From a virus: a stretch of 64,000 nt of DNA. Positions 54,384 through 64,000 of the stretch are shown piece after piece (position 1 is the stretch's first letter; each line of letters begins with the position of its first letter). Where the stretch lies: IMG/VR virus record IMGVR_UViG_3300033153_005382, positions 20,862 to 84,861 of that record. One strand, given 5' to 3'. The translations under genes were made by a program, and so were the position numbers. Below the pieces are notes generated by a model. The model was given only the letters and a program-made list of their open reading frames with translations, ran no database searches and had not been told where the DNA came from.

Positions 54384-55796
54384 TTACCTCCACACACTGA
54401 ACACGGCTGGATCGATATACGATTGCAATGCGACCGCTGGTGTATTGCCTAACACTTCCGACACCTTCTTCCCTACCTCCTTGACAGCTTTCTTATACTC
54501 CTTCTCGTTCTTGGGTCTGGGCATTTGCTTGATCAGATCAACAGCAGCTGTTGTCCCTTTTGCTGTTCTAAAATCCTTCGTCTTGAATTTTCCACCGTCC
54601 TTAGTCTGACTGTACTTACTCAACTTCACTTCGTTTGTATTGAAAATCTTACCCCTTGCTCCGGCAGCCTTCTTCCTCCGAATCAAATCAGCCTTGATCG
54701 TCTTATCGGTCACTTCTACTTTCCTGCTCACTCCTTTCTTGCCTATATACACCAACGTCACCTTGCCAGCAGTTGAAACTCGTACGTGCCTTCCCTCGAT
54801 GGTACTTGCCCCATACGCTTTCATTTCTGCCTTAGTATCGCCCCGACCACCGGGCCTCATCCCGGTATTTATTATAAGTCTCAGACAGCTTGCTTCTTCC
54901 CTTGTTACTGGATTCTTTGCATCCTTGTTGACCTCGGCTTTGATGGATCTTGCTTTCTTTCTCAATTCGTTTGTCTTAGCAAACTTGGCCTTGGCAGCTT
55001 TTTCCCAATGCTGTTTACTGTACACACTCTGCCATCTTCCTTTCGCGTCCCTTCCTTTGACTAACAACTCCGCTTTGGGATTCCTGGCTACAACTACATT
55101 CCTCCAAGCTGGTGGTATGTTCTTCGGTATATGCTTCGGCAACGGGGCTCCGTCAGCCATTGTCAACTTGCCATCCTTGTCCCGTTTCGTCTTACTCATC
55201 CCAGTTCCTACTCCACTGGAACTTCCTCCTCCTCCGAAACCTCCACCTGTGTCTGGTGCCATCATGGGACCACCGCCAGGATTAGAAACAAACCTACCAG
55301 TAGCAGAATCATGGTACGGGTTGAACTTTTCGGTCAGTCCCTGTACTGCTTTGTCTCTTGGATCGACCCCCACACTTACCATCTGAGCTACTGCAGCTTC
55401 CATCATCTTACCAGCTAGCACTGGCAATAGCCTATCCTTCAATCTATCCGTCCACTCGCCTGGAGAAAACGCTAAGGTAGCCCATGCTTTTGCCTCCTCC
55501 TCTATGCTCTTGGTAGCAACGCTACCTTCCTCCCCTTCCTCCCCGTTACCTCGTGCTAGGCCCTTGCTTTCTGATAGATTACTGCCCAATTCCATTAGAC
55601 CCTCGGTAAGGCATGATACTTGTGCCTTGATCTCCCTTTCGACAACTGCTGTCACATCCTTCTCAGTATCCTCAAACTGTTTGACGTGAATGATCCTAGA
55701 CACATCTTTGCGTATCCTATCCTCCATCGTATCGCGCTTGAGCCTAACGGCCTCGATGGCTGCCCGTCGTAGCTCTGTCAGTACTGTGTTGCTCAA
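54384..55796 (-). CDS. Helical head-protein N-terminus fused to DNA topoisomerase IB
   Basis: IPPAW, GRDAKGRWQSVY, GMRPG, YGAST, GKKG, KDFRT and LGNTPAVALQSYIDP (catalytic Tyr) are bacterial/poxvirus-type TopIB motifs. Confidence 0.88.
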   Translation of the reverse strand: MSNTVLTELRRAAIEAVRLKRDTMEDRIRKDVSRIIHVKQFEDTEKDVTAVVEREIKAQVSCLTEGLMELGSNLSESKGLARGNGEEGEEGSVATKSIEEEAKAWATLAFSPGEWTDRLKDRLLPVLAGKMMEAAVAQMVSVGVDPRDKAVQGLTEKFNPYHDSATGRFVSNPGGGPMMAPDTGGGFGGGGSSSGVGTGMSKTKRDKDGKLTMADGAPLPKHIPKNIPPAWRNVVVARNPKAELLVKGRDAKGRWQSVYSKQHWEKAAKAKFAKTNELRKKARSIKAEVNKDAKNPVTREEASCLRLIINTGMRPGGRGDTKAEMKAYGASTIEGRHVRVSTAGKVTLVYIGKKGVSRKVEVTDKTIKADLIRRKKAAGARGKIFNTNEVKLSKYSQTKDGGKFKTKDFRTAKGTTAAVDLIKQMPRPKNEKEYKKAVKEVGKKVSEVLGNTPAVALQSYIDPAVFSVWR

Positions 55797-56035
55797 TATT
55801 CAACCCCTTCCCGTAATGGCGTGTCGTCTATAACTTCCTCGACGACTCGTCCTCCGTATATTTCAACAGCTTCCCTGGCCATTGTGATATGCGGTTGCGG
55901 ATCTGCTCCGGATGGGCCATCCGGATCCTTCAAATCATTGAGCGATTTCTCTAACCAATCCTCATCTGAACTCCATTCCAATTCCCCTGCCTTGATTATG
56001 GCTGTAGCTCCTCCTATTTCTACTACTGCATACAT
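55793..56035 (-). CDS. Small acidic protein downstream of the portal-peptidase fusion
   Basis: ATG at 56035 after GGAGG; MYAVVEIGG...PSGADPQP. Confidence 0.55.
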   Translation of the reverse strand: MYAVVEIGGATAIIKAGELEWSSDEDWLEKSLNDLKDPDGPSGADPQPHITMAREAVEIYGGRVVEEVIDDTPLREGVEY

Positions 56036-56039
56036 TAAC

Positions 56040-58808
56040 TTAACCTCCGTACGGATCGTGCCCTCTTGCAACATCAAGTACGAACGCAAATGCCGCTGGA
56101 TCCTTCTTTGCAAACATAACCGGATCCTTGACCATGTACTCTAACCCCATAGACAGAATCTCCGTTGCTCCATGACGGTAATACTTGCCCATGTAATTAT
56201 TTATCCATGTGCCCTTCCCTTTAGCTTTGGGGAAATACTTCTCGGAATTGCGATACCTCAACCCCAACGACACTACTCTCTTTCCTCTTGTCTGTTCGGC
56301 CAAAAATCTTCTTGCATTAATCCCGTTTATCGATCTAGCATATTCCAAATGGTGACCCAATTCATGAACCATAGAGGACTTCCCTGATCCCGCCCCTAGA
56401 GACACACCTTTCCCATCCTCATAACAACTTCTACTTGATTTCAAATCCTTTATCTTAACAGATCTTGCGTCTCCTAATGCCTTGTTACTTACAAGACTTT
56501 CAAAATCCTTAAGTCCTTCCTCAACTGCTTTCTTATTCTTGCCTCGATATGAGGCTGTTAATCGTGCCTGTTGATTCTTAGGCAATGCTAGTAGTTTCTT
56601 AGCAGCTTCTCTGCCTTCTTTTTCTCTTTTGTGCATTTTAGCTGCAATTCTCGTTCTTCCTCTCATCAATTGGTCCCATTTCCCTTTCAACGTTTGTACC
56701 TTACGCTTAGATTCAGGAGTAAGCTCTGACAGTTTATCTAGTTCTCCTTTAGCTTTCCTTACCTCCGGGGAACCTACCCACTGTGTTCGTGACAATTCCT
56801 TCCACTTCCCAAAAGCCCTCTCCCTGGCTTTTGGATTCTTGTAATCCCTTTTCGTATTCTCCAACTCACTTGCTAAAGAACTTAGTTCGTTGTTTATCTT
56901 CTCCAATCCCTCGAGGTCTTTGCTTTTTCTCGCGGATATTTCCTTGATCAGTCCCTGCATATCTTCTAACACTTCTTTTCCCCGCTTTGGAACTCCTCCT
57001 GCTGGGCCTGGTCCAACTGGTGGTTTCGGCTTCAGTGGTTTCTTCCCAGGCTTTGGCTTCGGTGGTTTCTTCCAATGGCCTCCACGACCGCTTGGACTTA
57101 CGACGAAATTCCATCCCATACCTCCCCACTCTCCTCCTGTTGGCCTCCCTGCAGGAATCCTAGGCTGTTGTGTCCAATCCTTGACTATGTCCACTACCAT
57201 CTCTGCTATGACCTTGCCACTTACATAATCCATCCTCCGTAACTCAGCTACGGCTTTCTTCAACTCCTCCTCCTCAGACTCTTCCTCCACGGGTGGTTTG
57301 CCGTCGACTGGCTCCGTAGCTTCTTCCGACTTCTCGACTTTGGGACCAGCAATTGTCTTTGCCAGATCAGACGGTATCCCCAACCCCTCAAGCAAGGCCA
57401 TGGCCTGATCATTCTGTATCTTTCCTCCTCCTACTTTTTCCAACAGGGACACAATGCTACCAATCATCCCTTTCTCGATGACTGATTCGTTCCTATCCTC
57501 GTCGGGCCCGTACCCCAACAACGTCCGCAGCTCATTCTGTGATATGTCATTGTTCCGTCGAGCAAACTGCACCATCTGATTCCACTGCTGTACATCCTTA
57601 ACTTCCAATCGCTCCCACCAGACCAACAGATCCTTCTCATCTTCCTCTTCGTTAGCAAGATTCGTCATTAAATTCGACAGCATATCAAGATACGAATTCA
57701 CCCGATCATAGAACTGTCCCTTGATAATGGCTGCCTGTGCATATCCTCCAACTGACACCGTCTCGCCCAATATAAATGGATGAACGCAGAACACCGACAG
57801 AATCGCCTTCTTGACCGACTCCTCGGATTTCTCCCAACCCATCTCGGTGTTCGTCATCGACAAACGTTCTACATTCTCAATCAACCCGTCGATGATAGCT
57901 GGACTTCCGTAATTTGCAATCGATCCCATGGCTTGCTTGATCGCCATATGCACCTGCCGCCGCTGCGATGGACTAAGCCGTTGCCTGATTCCTCCAGGCA
58001 CGTCGGGATGCGGATCCTTTCCTACGGTCACGATGACCGACGGGAATACTCCTTGGTGAAAAAACACCTCCCGGCTTGTCTGAATATGATCATCGATCCT
58101 GATAGTTACTGCCCTAGCATCGGCAGGAGCGAACCCCATTCGAGGATCAGCTGGGTTCGGCAAATGAGCAAATCCTACCTGTGTCCTATCTAACCACTTT
58201 CCATCTTGCTGTGAATCAGGCTTCCCCGGATCAACTACTTTGAATCGACTAAACGGTCCTTGGGTATGATCAGCCTTAATCCAATTCGTCGGCAGGGAAT
58301 AGAACTCCATTTCTCCTTCATCGTTAAAATCCTTGACTACGTAAGCCCAACCAGTCAAACACAGATTCGACAAAAACGAATACGTGAACTGCCACCTTCC
58401 CTGTATTGGATTCGGCTTCTCCAAAGCTATCTTAATCGGATGATCTTCTATGATGTCTACTTCGTCCCCGGAAGCCTTGCTCGACATGAACGATGTCATG
58501 GTCGATTTCGTACTTGAATACGATTTCGGCTTTCCGGTCTTTTTCTTCCTGCCTACTAAAACCTTTTGAGACGCTCCTCGATGGCAAATGGCATTGACTG
58601 CTGAATACAACCAACCGGAAAACAATCCATACCTACTCCGATACCGTTCCTCCTGTTTCCAATCTGTCAACATGCCTGTGATATTCGGTGCAAGTACATC
58701 AGACATGAACCCCGTCTGTCTAGTACTCCTCGCTGCTTTCTCAAATGCAACGATTGATATACTACGACTGTCTTGCAATGCCTTACCGAGGGTCTCAACG
58801 GCTTTCAT
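56040..58808 (-). CDS. Portal protein with a C-terminal extension ending in a HExxH metallopeptidase
   Basis: Portal: LYSAVNAI, LEKPNP, LCLTGWAY, FFHQGVFPS, FCVHPFILG, NELR. C-terminus: QPRIPAGRPTGGEW, VHELGHHLE, YMGKYY, TEILSMGLE. Confidence 0.88.
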   Translation of the reverse strand: MKAVETLGKALQDSRSISIVAFEKAARSTRQTGFMSDVLAPNITGMLTDWKQEERYRSRYGLFSGWLYSAVNAICHRGASQKVLVGRKKKTGKPKSYSSTKSTMTSFMSSKASGDEVDIIEDHPIKIALEKPNPIQGRWQFTYSFLSNLCLTGWAYVVKDFNDEGEMEFYSLPTNWIKADHTQGPFSRFKVVDPGKPDSQQDGKWLDRTQVGFAHLPNPADPRMGFAPADARAVTIRIDDHIQTSREVFFHQGVFPSVIVTVGKDPHPDVPGGIRQRLSPSQRRQVHMAIKQAMGSIANYGSPAIIDGLIENVERLSMTNTEMGWEKSEESVKKAILSVFCVHPFILGETVSVGGYAQAAIIKGQFYDRVNSYLDMLSNLMTNLANEEEDEKDLLVWWERLEVKDVQQWNQMVQFARRNNDISQNELRTLLGYGPDEDRNESVIEKGMIGSIVSLLEKVGGGKIQNDQAMALLEGLGIPSDLAKTIAGPKVEKSEEATEPVDGKPPVEEESEEEELKKAVAELRRMDYVSGKVIAEMVVDIVKDWTQQPRIPAGRPTGGEWGGMGWNFVVSPSGRGGHWKKPPKPKPGKKPLKPKPPVGPGPAGGVPKRGKEVLEDMQGLIKEISARKSKDLEGLEKINNELSSLASELENTKRDYKNPKARERAFGKWKELSRTQWVGSPEVRKAKGELDKLSELTPESKRKVQTLKGKWDQLMRGRTRIAAKMHKREKEGREAAKKLLALPKNQQARLTASYRGKNKKAVEEGLKDFESLVSNKALGDARSVKIKDLKSSRSCYEDGKGVSLGAGSGKSSMVHELGHHLEYARSINGINARRFLAEQTRGKRVVSLGLRYRNSEKYFPKAKGKGTWINNYMGKYYRHGATEILSMGLEYMVKDPVMFAKKDPAAFAFVLDVARGHDPYGG

Positions 58809-58816
58809 GTTTGCAC

Positions 58817-59260
58817 CTACGTGCCTCTCTCGCTACTTCCCTTATCCATTGGGGAATAAGCTGCCTGCCGACTAGCCTGCAACGCTATATCGGCTTCGAC
58901 TTGAGTCCTGATCGATTCGTTGGCTAGTGCCATCTGCGGAACTACTACATCCCGCAATATCCTAAGCTCACTGTTCAATGCATCCTCAACTTCTTCATGG
59001 CTATCGATTAGTCTCTCGGCATTCTTCCTCATATCGACAACCCGATCGATCTGTTCTCTCACCGACTCATCTATCACCTCCGACTTCCGCTTGTACTCCC
59101 GATACGTCTTAATCCACTTCTGTCGTTTCTTCTCGATGGTCCTTTCGGCTTTTCCTAGGGCCTTCAACAGACCAACAGCTTCTTGCTTCCACTTCCTCGC
59201 TTTCCTTTCAGCTTCCGATTCCTTCGGCGTTGACAGTGCCCACAGCCAATTCATACTCAC
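58817..59260 (-). CDS. Coiled-coil hypothetical protein
   Basis: ORF track; helical composition. Confidence 0.5.
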   Translation of the reverse strand: MSMNWLWALSTPKESEAERKARKWKQEAVGLLKALGKAERTIEKKRQKWIKTYREYKRKSEVIDESVREQIDRVVDMRKNAERLIDSHEEVEDALNSELRILRDVVVPQMALANESIRTQVEADIALQASRQAAYSPMDKGSSERGT

Positions 59261-59589
59261 ACCTCCTCATCTGAAGGCGTATCGTCTACCTCCTCATCGG
59301 GTATCCACCTCTTGGGGAAAGCCTGCGGCAGCGGTTCGGGTTCCTTTTCCTCCTCATCAGGTACGACTACTTGTCCTGTCATGAACTCACACAGCTTCTC
59401 GCCCATCAAAGCAATGGCTGTCCAGAAACCCGACTTCGGAAACCTCCACGTCGTCATCCTACTCATCGTTATCTCGCCCTCGTCATCCTTTTTCCAAACG
59501 ACGGCCATCCAATTTCCACTCGCTGATACCTCATCGAATGCTTCGAGAAAATGCTTCCTCGCTTCCTCTTGTTTCTCATGCTCTGTCAT
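59257..59589 (-). CDS. Hypothetical protein
   Basis: RBS GGAG. Confidence 0.55.
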   Translation of the reverse strand: MTEHEKQEEARKHFLEAFDEVSASGNWMAVVWKKDDEGEITMSRMTTWRFPKSGFWTAIALMGEKLCEFMTGQVVVPDEEEKEPEPLPQAFPKRWIPDEEVDDTPSDEEV

Positions 59590-59607
59590 TCTACTATTCT
59601 CCGATTT

Positions 59608-59982
59608 CTACACGCCTAGTACACCGGGACCAACCTCGAACCCGTACTCCTCAGCAAACTCCCTAATTCTCTTTTCCACTCCATCTGCTACTGCAGTGCC
59701 TGCCATCTCCTGAGTGGCATCGTGATAATCTATTCCGCAATCCTCACTGTACTCTAACAGATATTCCCCTTCGTCCTGTCCTGCAATAATCAAACCGGAC
59801 ACATGGACGAACACCTCCCACTTGGCTCCTTCCCTACGTCTGTTTCCATTACAATCCGCCTGTGGCTGACTAGTCCGACTGAACCTGATTGTTTTCTGAA
59901 ACAAACACCCAGTACCGTTTCTCGTCCTCTGACATTTGACCTCGTCGAAGAACTCATCTAGTCTATTACAAACTACTATCAC
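59608..59982 (-). CDS. Hypothetical protein
   Basis: GTG at 59982, immediately after the upstream stop. Confidence 0.5.
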   Translation of the reverse strand: MIVVCNRLDEFFDEVKCQRTRNGTGCLFQKTIRFSRTSQPQADCNGNRRREGAKWEVFVHVSGLIIAGQDEGEYLLEYSEDCGIDYHDATQEMAGTAVADGVEKRIREFAEEYGFEVGPGVLGV

Positions 59983-59984
59983 GA

Positions 59985-60365
59985 TCAGTCCCCTTCGCTT
60001 GTCAGCTCCACACACATGACCTTGTACAGAATCCCATACCCTACACTCGAATCTGGCAATGGATCACCTACCACGTGCAACTCAACTTGATCGGCTTCTG
60101 CTACATCCGTTCCGGACCTCTTCGTTATTATAATCCTGTGCCGTTGTGTTACTCGGGGATTGTCCCGGAAGTAAACCTTCCTAGTGACTCGTTGTCCTTC
60201 CTTCTGATGCTTCGATACCTCATTCGCCCCTGCACTTTGCTCCCAACACGGAACTTCGGTACTTACTACCACTCCTTTTGACTTCCGTCCTCCTGCGCTG
60301 TCTTTCCGATAGCGAGTATTCAAAATACTACATTCATGAGGCATACTGTCGATCAACGATGACAT
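59985..60365 (-). CDS. Head closure / head-tail joining protein
   Basis: PHECSI...DSAGG...VPCWEQ...KVYF (SPP1 gp16-like pattern); ATG coupled to the upstream TAA. Confidence 0.6.
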   Translation of the reverse strand: MSSLIDSMPHECSILNTRYRKDSAGGRKSKGVVVSTEVPCWEQSAGANEVSKHQKEGQRVTRKVYFRDNPRVTQRHRIIITKRSGTDVAEADQVELHVVGDPLPDSSVGYGILYKVMCVELTSEGD

Positions 60366-60712
60366 TACGCTGCTCTCCTGTCTAGCCGTGATAACACAGT
60401 CAAATAACCATGGGTTCCGGCCCCGCCACTGGCCCCTAGTTCTATCTCTACAGCTTCTTCGTTGTCTCCCGCTAGAATCATGCTCGGTGTCCACTGCACT
60501 ACGCCAGCTGCTACTGCCGGGAGTCTAATAACAGTTCCTCCTAACGTGATGGTCAACTCCGTAGGGGCTGCGGGGGCTGCGCTGAAACCGTACAACACTT
60601 GATCAATTACCCAACAATAGTCCGCATCCGGCTTTGGCAGTGTCTTTGAAACTACTGCATTTGTTTCCCTGCCCGTAAATACAAAATTGCCATAAACGTC
60701 GCTTCTTGACAT
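60365..60712 (-). CDS. Hypothetical virion-associated protein
   Basis: RBS AAGGAG; beta-rich. Confidence 0.5.
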   Translation of the reverse strand: MSRSDVYGNFVFTGRETNAVVSKTLPKPDADYCWVIDQVLYGFSAAPAAPTELTITLGGTVIRLPAVAAGVVQWTPSMILAGDNEEAVEIELGASGGAGTHGYLTVLSRLDRRAA

Positions 60713-60724
60713 ATCAATTTCTCC

Positions 60725-61519
60725 TTACGCCATGAACCCTAAATGCGTAAAGGGCTGGAGCCTCATTACACTTTCACCTGATAACTGATAACCACTCCCA
60801 TATAGCTTGGCGGCTAATCCCGCATTCAACGAATAGCTGTAATCTCCCAATCGTTCGCTTGTCTTCGGTCCTAGATAACCTACAGCAGATTTCTGATTCT
60901 GCATAACCCTAGTATGCCAACGAACAGCTTCGTCAAGAGCACTAGCCCATATCGGAGTAGCGTCGATTACATCGTCCGTACCCCGCAACTCGGTGGACGT
61001 ATAGCCCGACACATACGTCACCTTAACAGTTCCTGGCTCCAATGGCCACAACCCTACACTATGCAAAATGCCATCCGTACAAACCGGATTACTACTGCTA
61101 TCCTCAAATTCGTAATTCGGCCAGAAGTCAGTTCCTTCGGTCTTCAATGTCTCACTTGCAAATGATCCTACCTGTGTTCCACTTCTCCCGTCATAATCAA
61201 CGTACAACGACGTGATGCTTCTGATCGGAACGCCGATCAGTTGCAACTGATCACTGGCGATCACTCCTAATCGTCTTTGATATGCTATCGAATCATTAGC
61301 CTCCCAGTACACTTCGCCTGAATAAGCCCCGAAGCTCTGACGAGGATAGAACTCAGTGCGAGTACCTTGTACTGGACTATACCCTAAGAACCGTTTGATT
61401 GCTCCTTCAGTACTAGTAATAGCCAACTCGGCTATTGCTTGCTCAGCGGCGGTAACTGTGTCCGTAATGCCTAACGCAGCTAACAATTCTGCTATCGTTA
61501 TGATATTCGTTACTGCCAT
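60725..61519 (-). CDS. Head-tail adaptor (gp6/gp15-like)
   Basis: ITIAELLAALGI, AIKRFLG, VKVTYVSGY, SERLGDYSYS. Confidence 0.75.
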   Translation of the reverse strand: MAVTNIITIAELLAALGITDTVTAAEQAIAELAITSTEGAIKRFLGYSPVQGTRTEFYPRQSFGAYSGEVYWEANDSIAYQRRLGVIASDQLQLIGVPIRSITSLYVDYDGRSGTQVGSFASETLKTEGTDFWPNYEFEDSSSNPVCTDGILHSVGLWPLEPGTVKVTYVSGYTSTELRGTDDVIDATPIWASALDEAVRWHTRVMQNQKSAVGYLGPKTSERLGDYSYSLNAGLAAKLYGSGYQLSGESVMRLQPFTHLGFMA

Positions 61520-61674
61520 GGTCTAATTCCTTATCACTAACAATCCAACTTCTTAGCTACTCATCCCAAGGCCATGAATCCCACTCACCAAAATCACAAT
61601 CACACGGAACCCACTCCTCTTCTCCCTCATCCTACACCTCGCCATTCAAGTAGGCAGTCGAATCGTCCAATGAA

Positions 61675-61875
61675 TCAAAATACAACGCCAAGTACAACTG
61701 CCCCCATAATAATGCGTCTTGGGCATACTGAAAATACAGCGTCTTCGTAATACGGATCGCAACTGGGCACATTCTCGCACCCTAGGGTCTCGGCATATAC
61801 CTTGTACAACAATCCTGCTACACACACTGCGAGGATGACCAACGTGACTGCTTGGAATACTCTCTTTAGTCTCAT
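61675..61875 (-). CDS. Small membrane protein
   Basis: Two hydrophobic segments. Confidence 0.4.
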   Translation of the reverse strand: MRLKRVFQAVTLVILAVCVAGLLYKVYAETLGCENVPSCDPYYEDAVFSVCPRRIIMGAVVLGVVF

Positions 61876-61902
61876 GACAGTTCTTCTCTTAGAACAAGCT
61901 TA

Positions 61903-63972
61903 CTAATTGCCCCACAAATCTATGACAAACATACCTGTCGTGTAATCAGCGTCAGGCGAACCTGTCTGCCCTACAAGATAGAGATACTGGGTATCAGTCG
62001 GCAGGGCGGTCAGGGTATCCTCCTCGTCGGCCGCCCAGTCGCCGTGATCAAGGAGTTGGGTTTCGGTTAAGCCAGTAATAGCATCGTCCTCTTTACCCGT
62101 GCCCTCGTCGGCTGTGTACAAATCAATATCTTCATCGCCTCCCGCAGGCACTACCAAACAACGAATCGTACCGGCAAAGATCGTACCGTTCTTTGCTTCG
62201 TCAATCCTTGCAATGAAACATGGATCGGTGGTCCCATTAACACCGATAATGTCTCCTGCAGCCGTATGCCGCAACCCATCAACGTTAACTACGATCTGGG
62301 TATGGTACAACCCACTACCGATCGTCACAGTCTCCACACAAACGGTACCGGACCCGTCGATAATCCCGTCGCCTACAACCGTGACATCGTGAATCAAATT
62401 GTTGTGCCCTAAAATCAGATTGTCAGAAACCAGATTGCCCGTCGCTGTGGTCGACGTGTTGTCAATGGCAAAAACACCAGCCTGAGCAGGTCTCGCGTTA
62501 TCGGCTAAGATGTTTCCTTGAATGACATTGCCAACGGACGCTCCGCTGATCCAAATCGTATCATAGTACGAATCACGCAGCGTATTGTTCGTAATCACAT
62601 TGTACGACGCCCCTGCAGAGATCGACAAAGTCTGGACGGGGATAACAGTAGCGAACGACCCGCCCGCTACCATCGAATTCCCTGTGACCACGTTGTAATT
62701 ACAATTCGTATTCGAAATGGTCATCTTCCCGCCATTAATCACATTCCCTACCACTACATTGTTTTGAGTAGCATTCAACTCGATAGAGATATAACCAGTA
62801 TTCGGAAATGCCTCTGTCATACTCATCTCAACATAGTTATTCGCAATCACACAACTGTCCGTCCCGGAAAACTCCACACAATACGCCGACTGATACGAAT
62901 TGATAGCATGGTTATTCGCAATAACATGCCCGTGATCAGCACTTCCGCCATTCGGCCACACTTCTACTGCCCGCCAATGATTGTAGTCAAAATCATTGTT
63001 GATCACTTTACAGCCCGACGAATCTCCAGTCAACAGAACGCCCATGTGCGGAGTATTCTTAATCCAACATCCTTCTACAACACACGATGTCGAATCGATG
63101 ATATACACTCCACTGCCATAGATCTCATACGTTGCAGCATCTGAAACAATTGGAGCATGCGTATACTGGTACGAATTCTTACAATCAGCTAACACCTCGT
63201 CTGATAACTGGGTTGTCAGTTGCTCATTCGCCAAATAAATCGACGTGTGTTTCTGAGAATTGTACTTTGCATGTGCATCAATCGCTGCTACCAACTCACC
63301 TACAGTATCATAACTTCCACTCGTAAAATCGAACTCCAAATTATCGGCTGCTTGTCCCGTACAAACCGTTTTGAGCTTGTTTCCTGCTATGGTCGTTACA
63401 CAATCAGCACCTGTTCCTATATACCTAATACCGACCATTCCAAAAGCATCTCGATAACTGTCCCCGTAAGACATCGCCAACGTCATCATAGCCTGATTGT
63501 TAGCATTGCCATCGATCGTCATGTTGCATATCTTGACCTGATCCGAACTGTTCATGATCTCGAATATGTTATCCATTTCGCCTGCAGAAGTAGCGGAAGG
63601 ATTGTCTACCAACTTGATCACTGTGCCTGGCCCTGCTCCCATGATCACTAAGTTCGACAACCCATCAATCTCGATGGCTGATGATACGAGGTACGTACCT
63701 TCGGGAATGAACACTGCACCGTTACTACCTGCTGCTGTGATAGCCGCCTGAATTCCTACTCCAGTTGCAGCATACGTCATTCCATCGACTATCGTTACTC
63801 CGTTCAAATCATCGAGCCCGTCTATTCCAAATCCACCACCTGTGATATTCCCTCCTAACGTACATGGCCCGAGTGTCGTCGGATTCAACGTCGGCACGTT
63901 TATCGTTGTAGCGTTTATCGTTGTAGCAGTCAGAGTAGTTGCATTGACCGTGGCTGCCTGCAGTGTACTCAC
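61903..63972 (-). CDS. Right-handed parallel beta-helix (pectin lyase-like) protein, putative spike/depolymerase
   Basis: GIQAAITAA, VFIPEGTYLV, GAGPGTVIK, TIDGN, repeated NvI.gN rungs; N-terminal ATTxN pentapeptides. Confidence 0.8.
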   Translation of the reverse strand: MSTLQAATVNATTLTATTINATTINVPTLNPTTLGPCTLGGNITGGGFGIDGLDDLNGVTIVDGMTYAATGVGIQAAITAAGSNGAVFIPEGTYLVSSAIEIDGLSNLVIMGAGPGTVIKLVDNPSATSAGEMDNIFEIMNSSDQVKICNMTIDGNANNQAMMTLAMSYGDSYRDAFGMVGIRYIGTGADCVTTIAGNKLKTVCTGQAADNLEFDFTSGSYDTVGELVAAIDAHAKYNSQKHTSIYLANEQLTTQLSDEVLADCKNSYQYTHAPIVSDAATYEIYGSGVYIIDSTSCVVEGCWIKNTPHMGVLLTGDSSGCKVINNDFDYNHWRAVEVWPNGGSADHGHVIANNHAINSYQSAYCVEFSGTDSCVIANNYVEMSMTEAFPNTGYISIELNATQNNVVVGNVINGGKMTISNTNCNYNVVTGNSMVAGGSFATVIPVQTLSISAGASYNVITNNTLRDSYYDTIWISGASVGNVIQGNILADNARPAQAGVFAIDNTSTTATGNLVSDNLILGHNNLIHDVTVVGDGIIDGSGTVCVETVTIGSGLYHTQIVVNVDGLRHTAAGDIIGVNGTTDPCFIARIDEAKNGTIFAGTIRCLVVPAGGDEDIDLYTADEGTGKEDDAITGLTETQLLDHGDWAADEEDTLTALPTDTQYLYLVGQTGSPDADYTTGMFVIDLWGN

Positions 63973-64000
63973 ACCTTTGATCTTGTTGTTCCTCGCCCGC

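Noticed and set aside
53455-55330. Diversity-generating retroelement TR/VR pair
   Set aside because: There is no reverse transcriptase in the window, and the few mismatches are not adenine-specific.
1148-63751. Numerous plus-strand ORFs in the track (e.g. 12201..13298, 17209..17973, 54640..55386)
   Set aside because: They are antisense shadows of motif-bearing minus-strand genes, with Ser/Pro/Leu-biased composition and no recognisable motifs.

Overview
This window is a 64-kb slice of a tailed dsDNA phage genome with siphovirus-type head and tail genes. Essentially every credible gene is on the minus strand. The CsrA gene, the Ycf46/DUF1257/DUF2997-like trio and the Cys-rich tail proteins weakly suggest a Planctomycetota-like host (inference only). 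In transcription order (64000 to 1) the window contains: (1) a structural block with a beta-helix protein, head-tail adaptor, a portal fused to a zinc metallopeptidase, a split MuF carrying a topoisomerase IB, prohead protease, HK97-fold capsid, tail genes with a -1 frameshift chaperone, and tape measure; (2) an ~11-kb block of glycosyl-, sulfo- and methyltransferases plus a KdsB-like enzyme, in the same run as two virion-region proteins with poly-Ser tails; (3) a terminator, a perfect sigma70 promoter and a ~700-nt repeat-containing leader; (4) early genes, including an AAA+ ATPase whose Walker B precedes its Walker A; (5) replication genes (SNF2 helicase, primase, initiator with internal iterons, DnaB) and a ~200-nt tRNA-shaped RNA; (6) a 7-deazaguanine DNA-modification cluster (QueD, QueE, PRTase-FolE, DpdL-like, glycosyltransferase, DpdA-like); and (7) CsrA, a sliding clamp and a split family A DNA polymerase. 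The most striking unexplained structure lies inside the deazaguanine cluster. An Sm/LSm-like gene is followed by a tandem array of minigenes, each with its own RBS, a conserved MRYLFEG leader and a variable TCT-NNG hexamer tract encoding (Ser-Arg/Trp/Gln/Gly)n peptides. All calls come from reading motifs by eye; no database searches were run.
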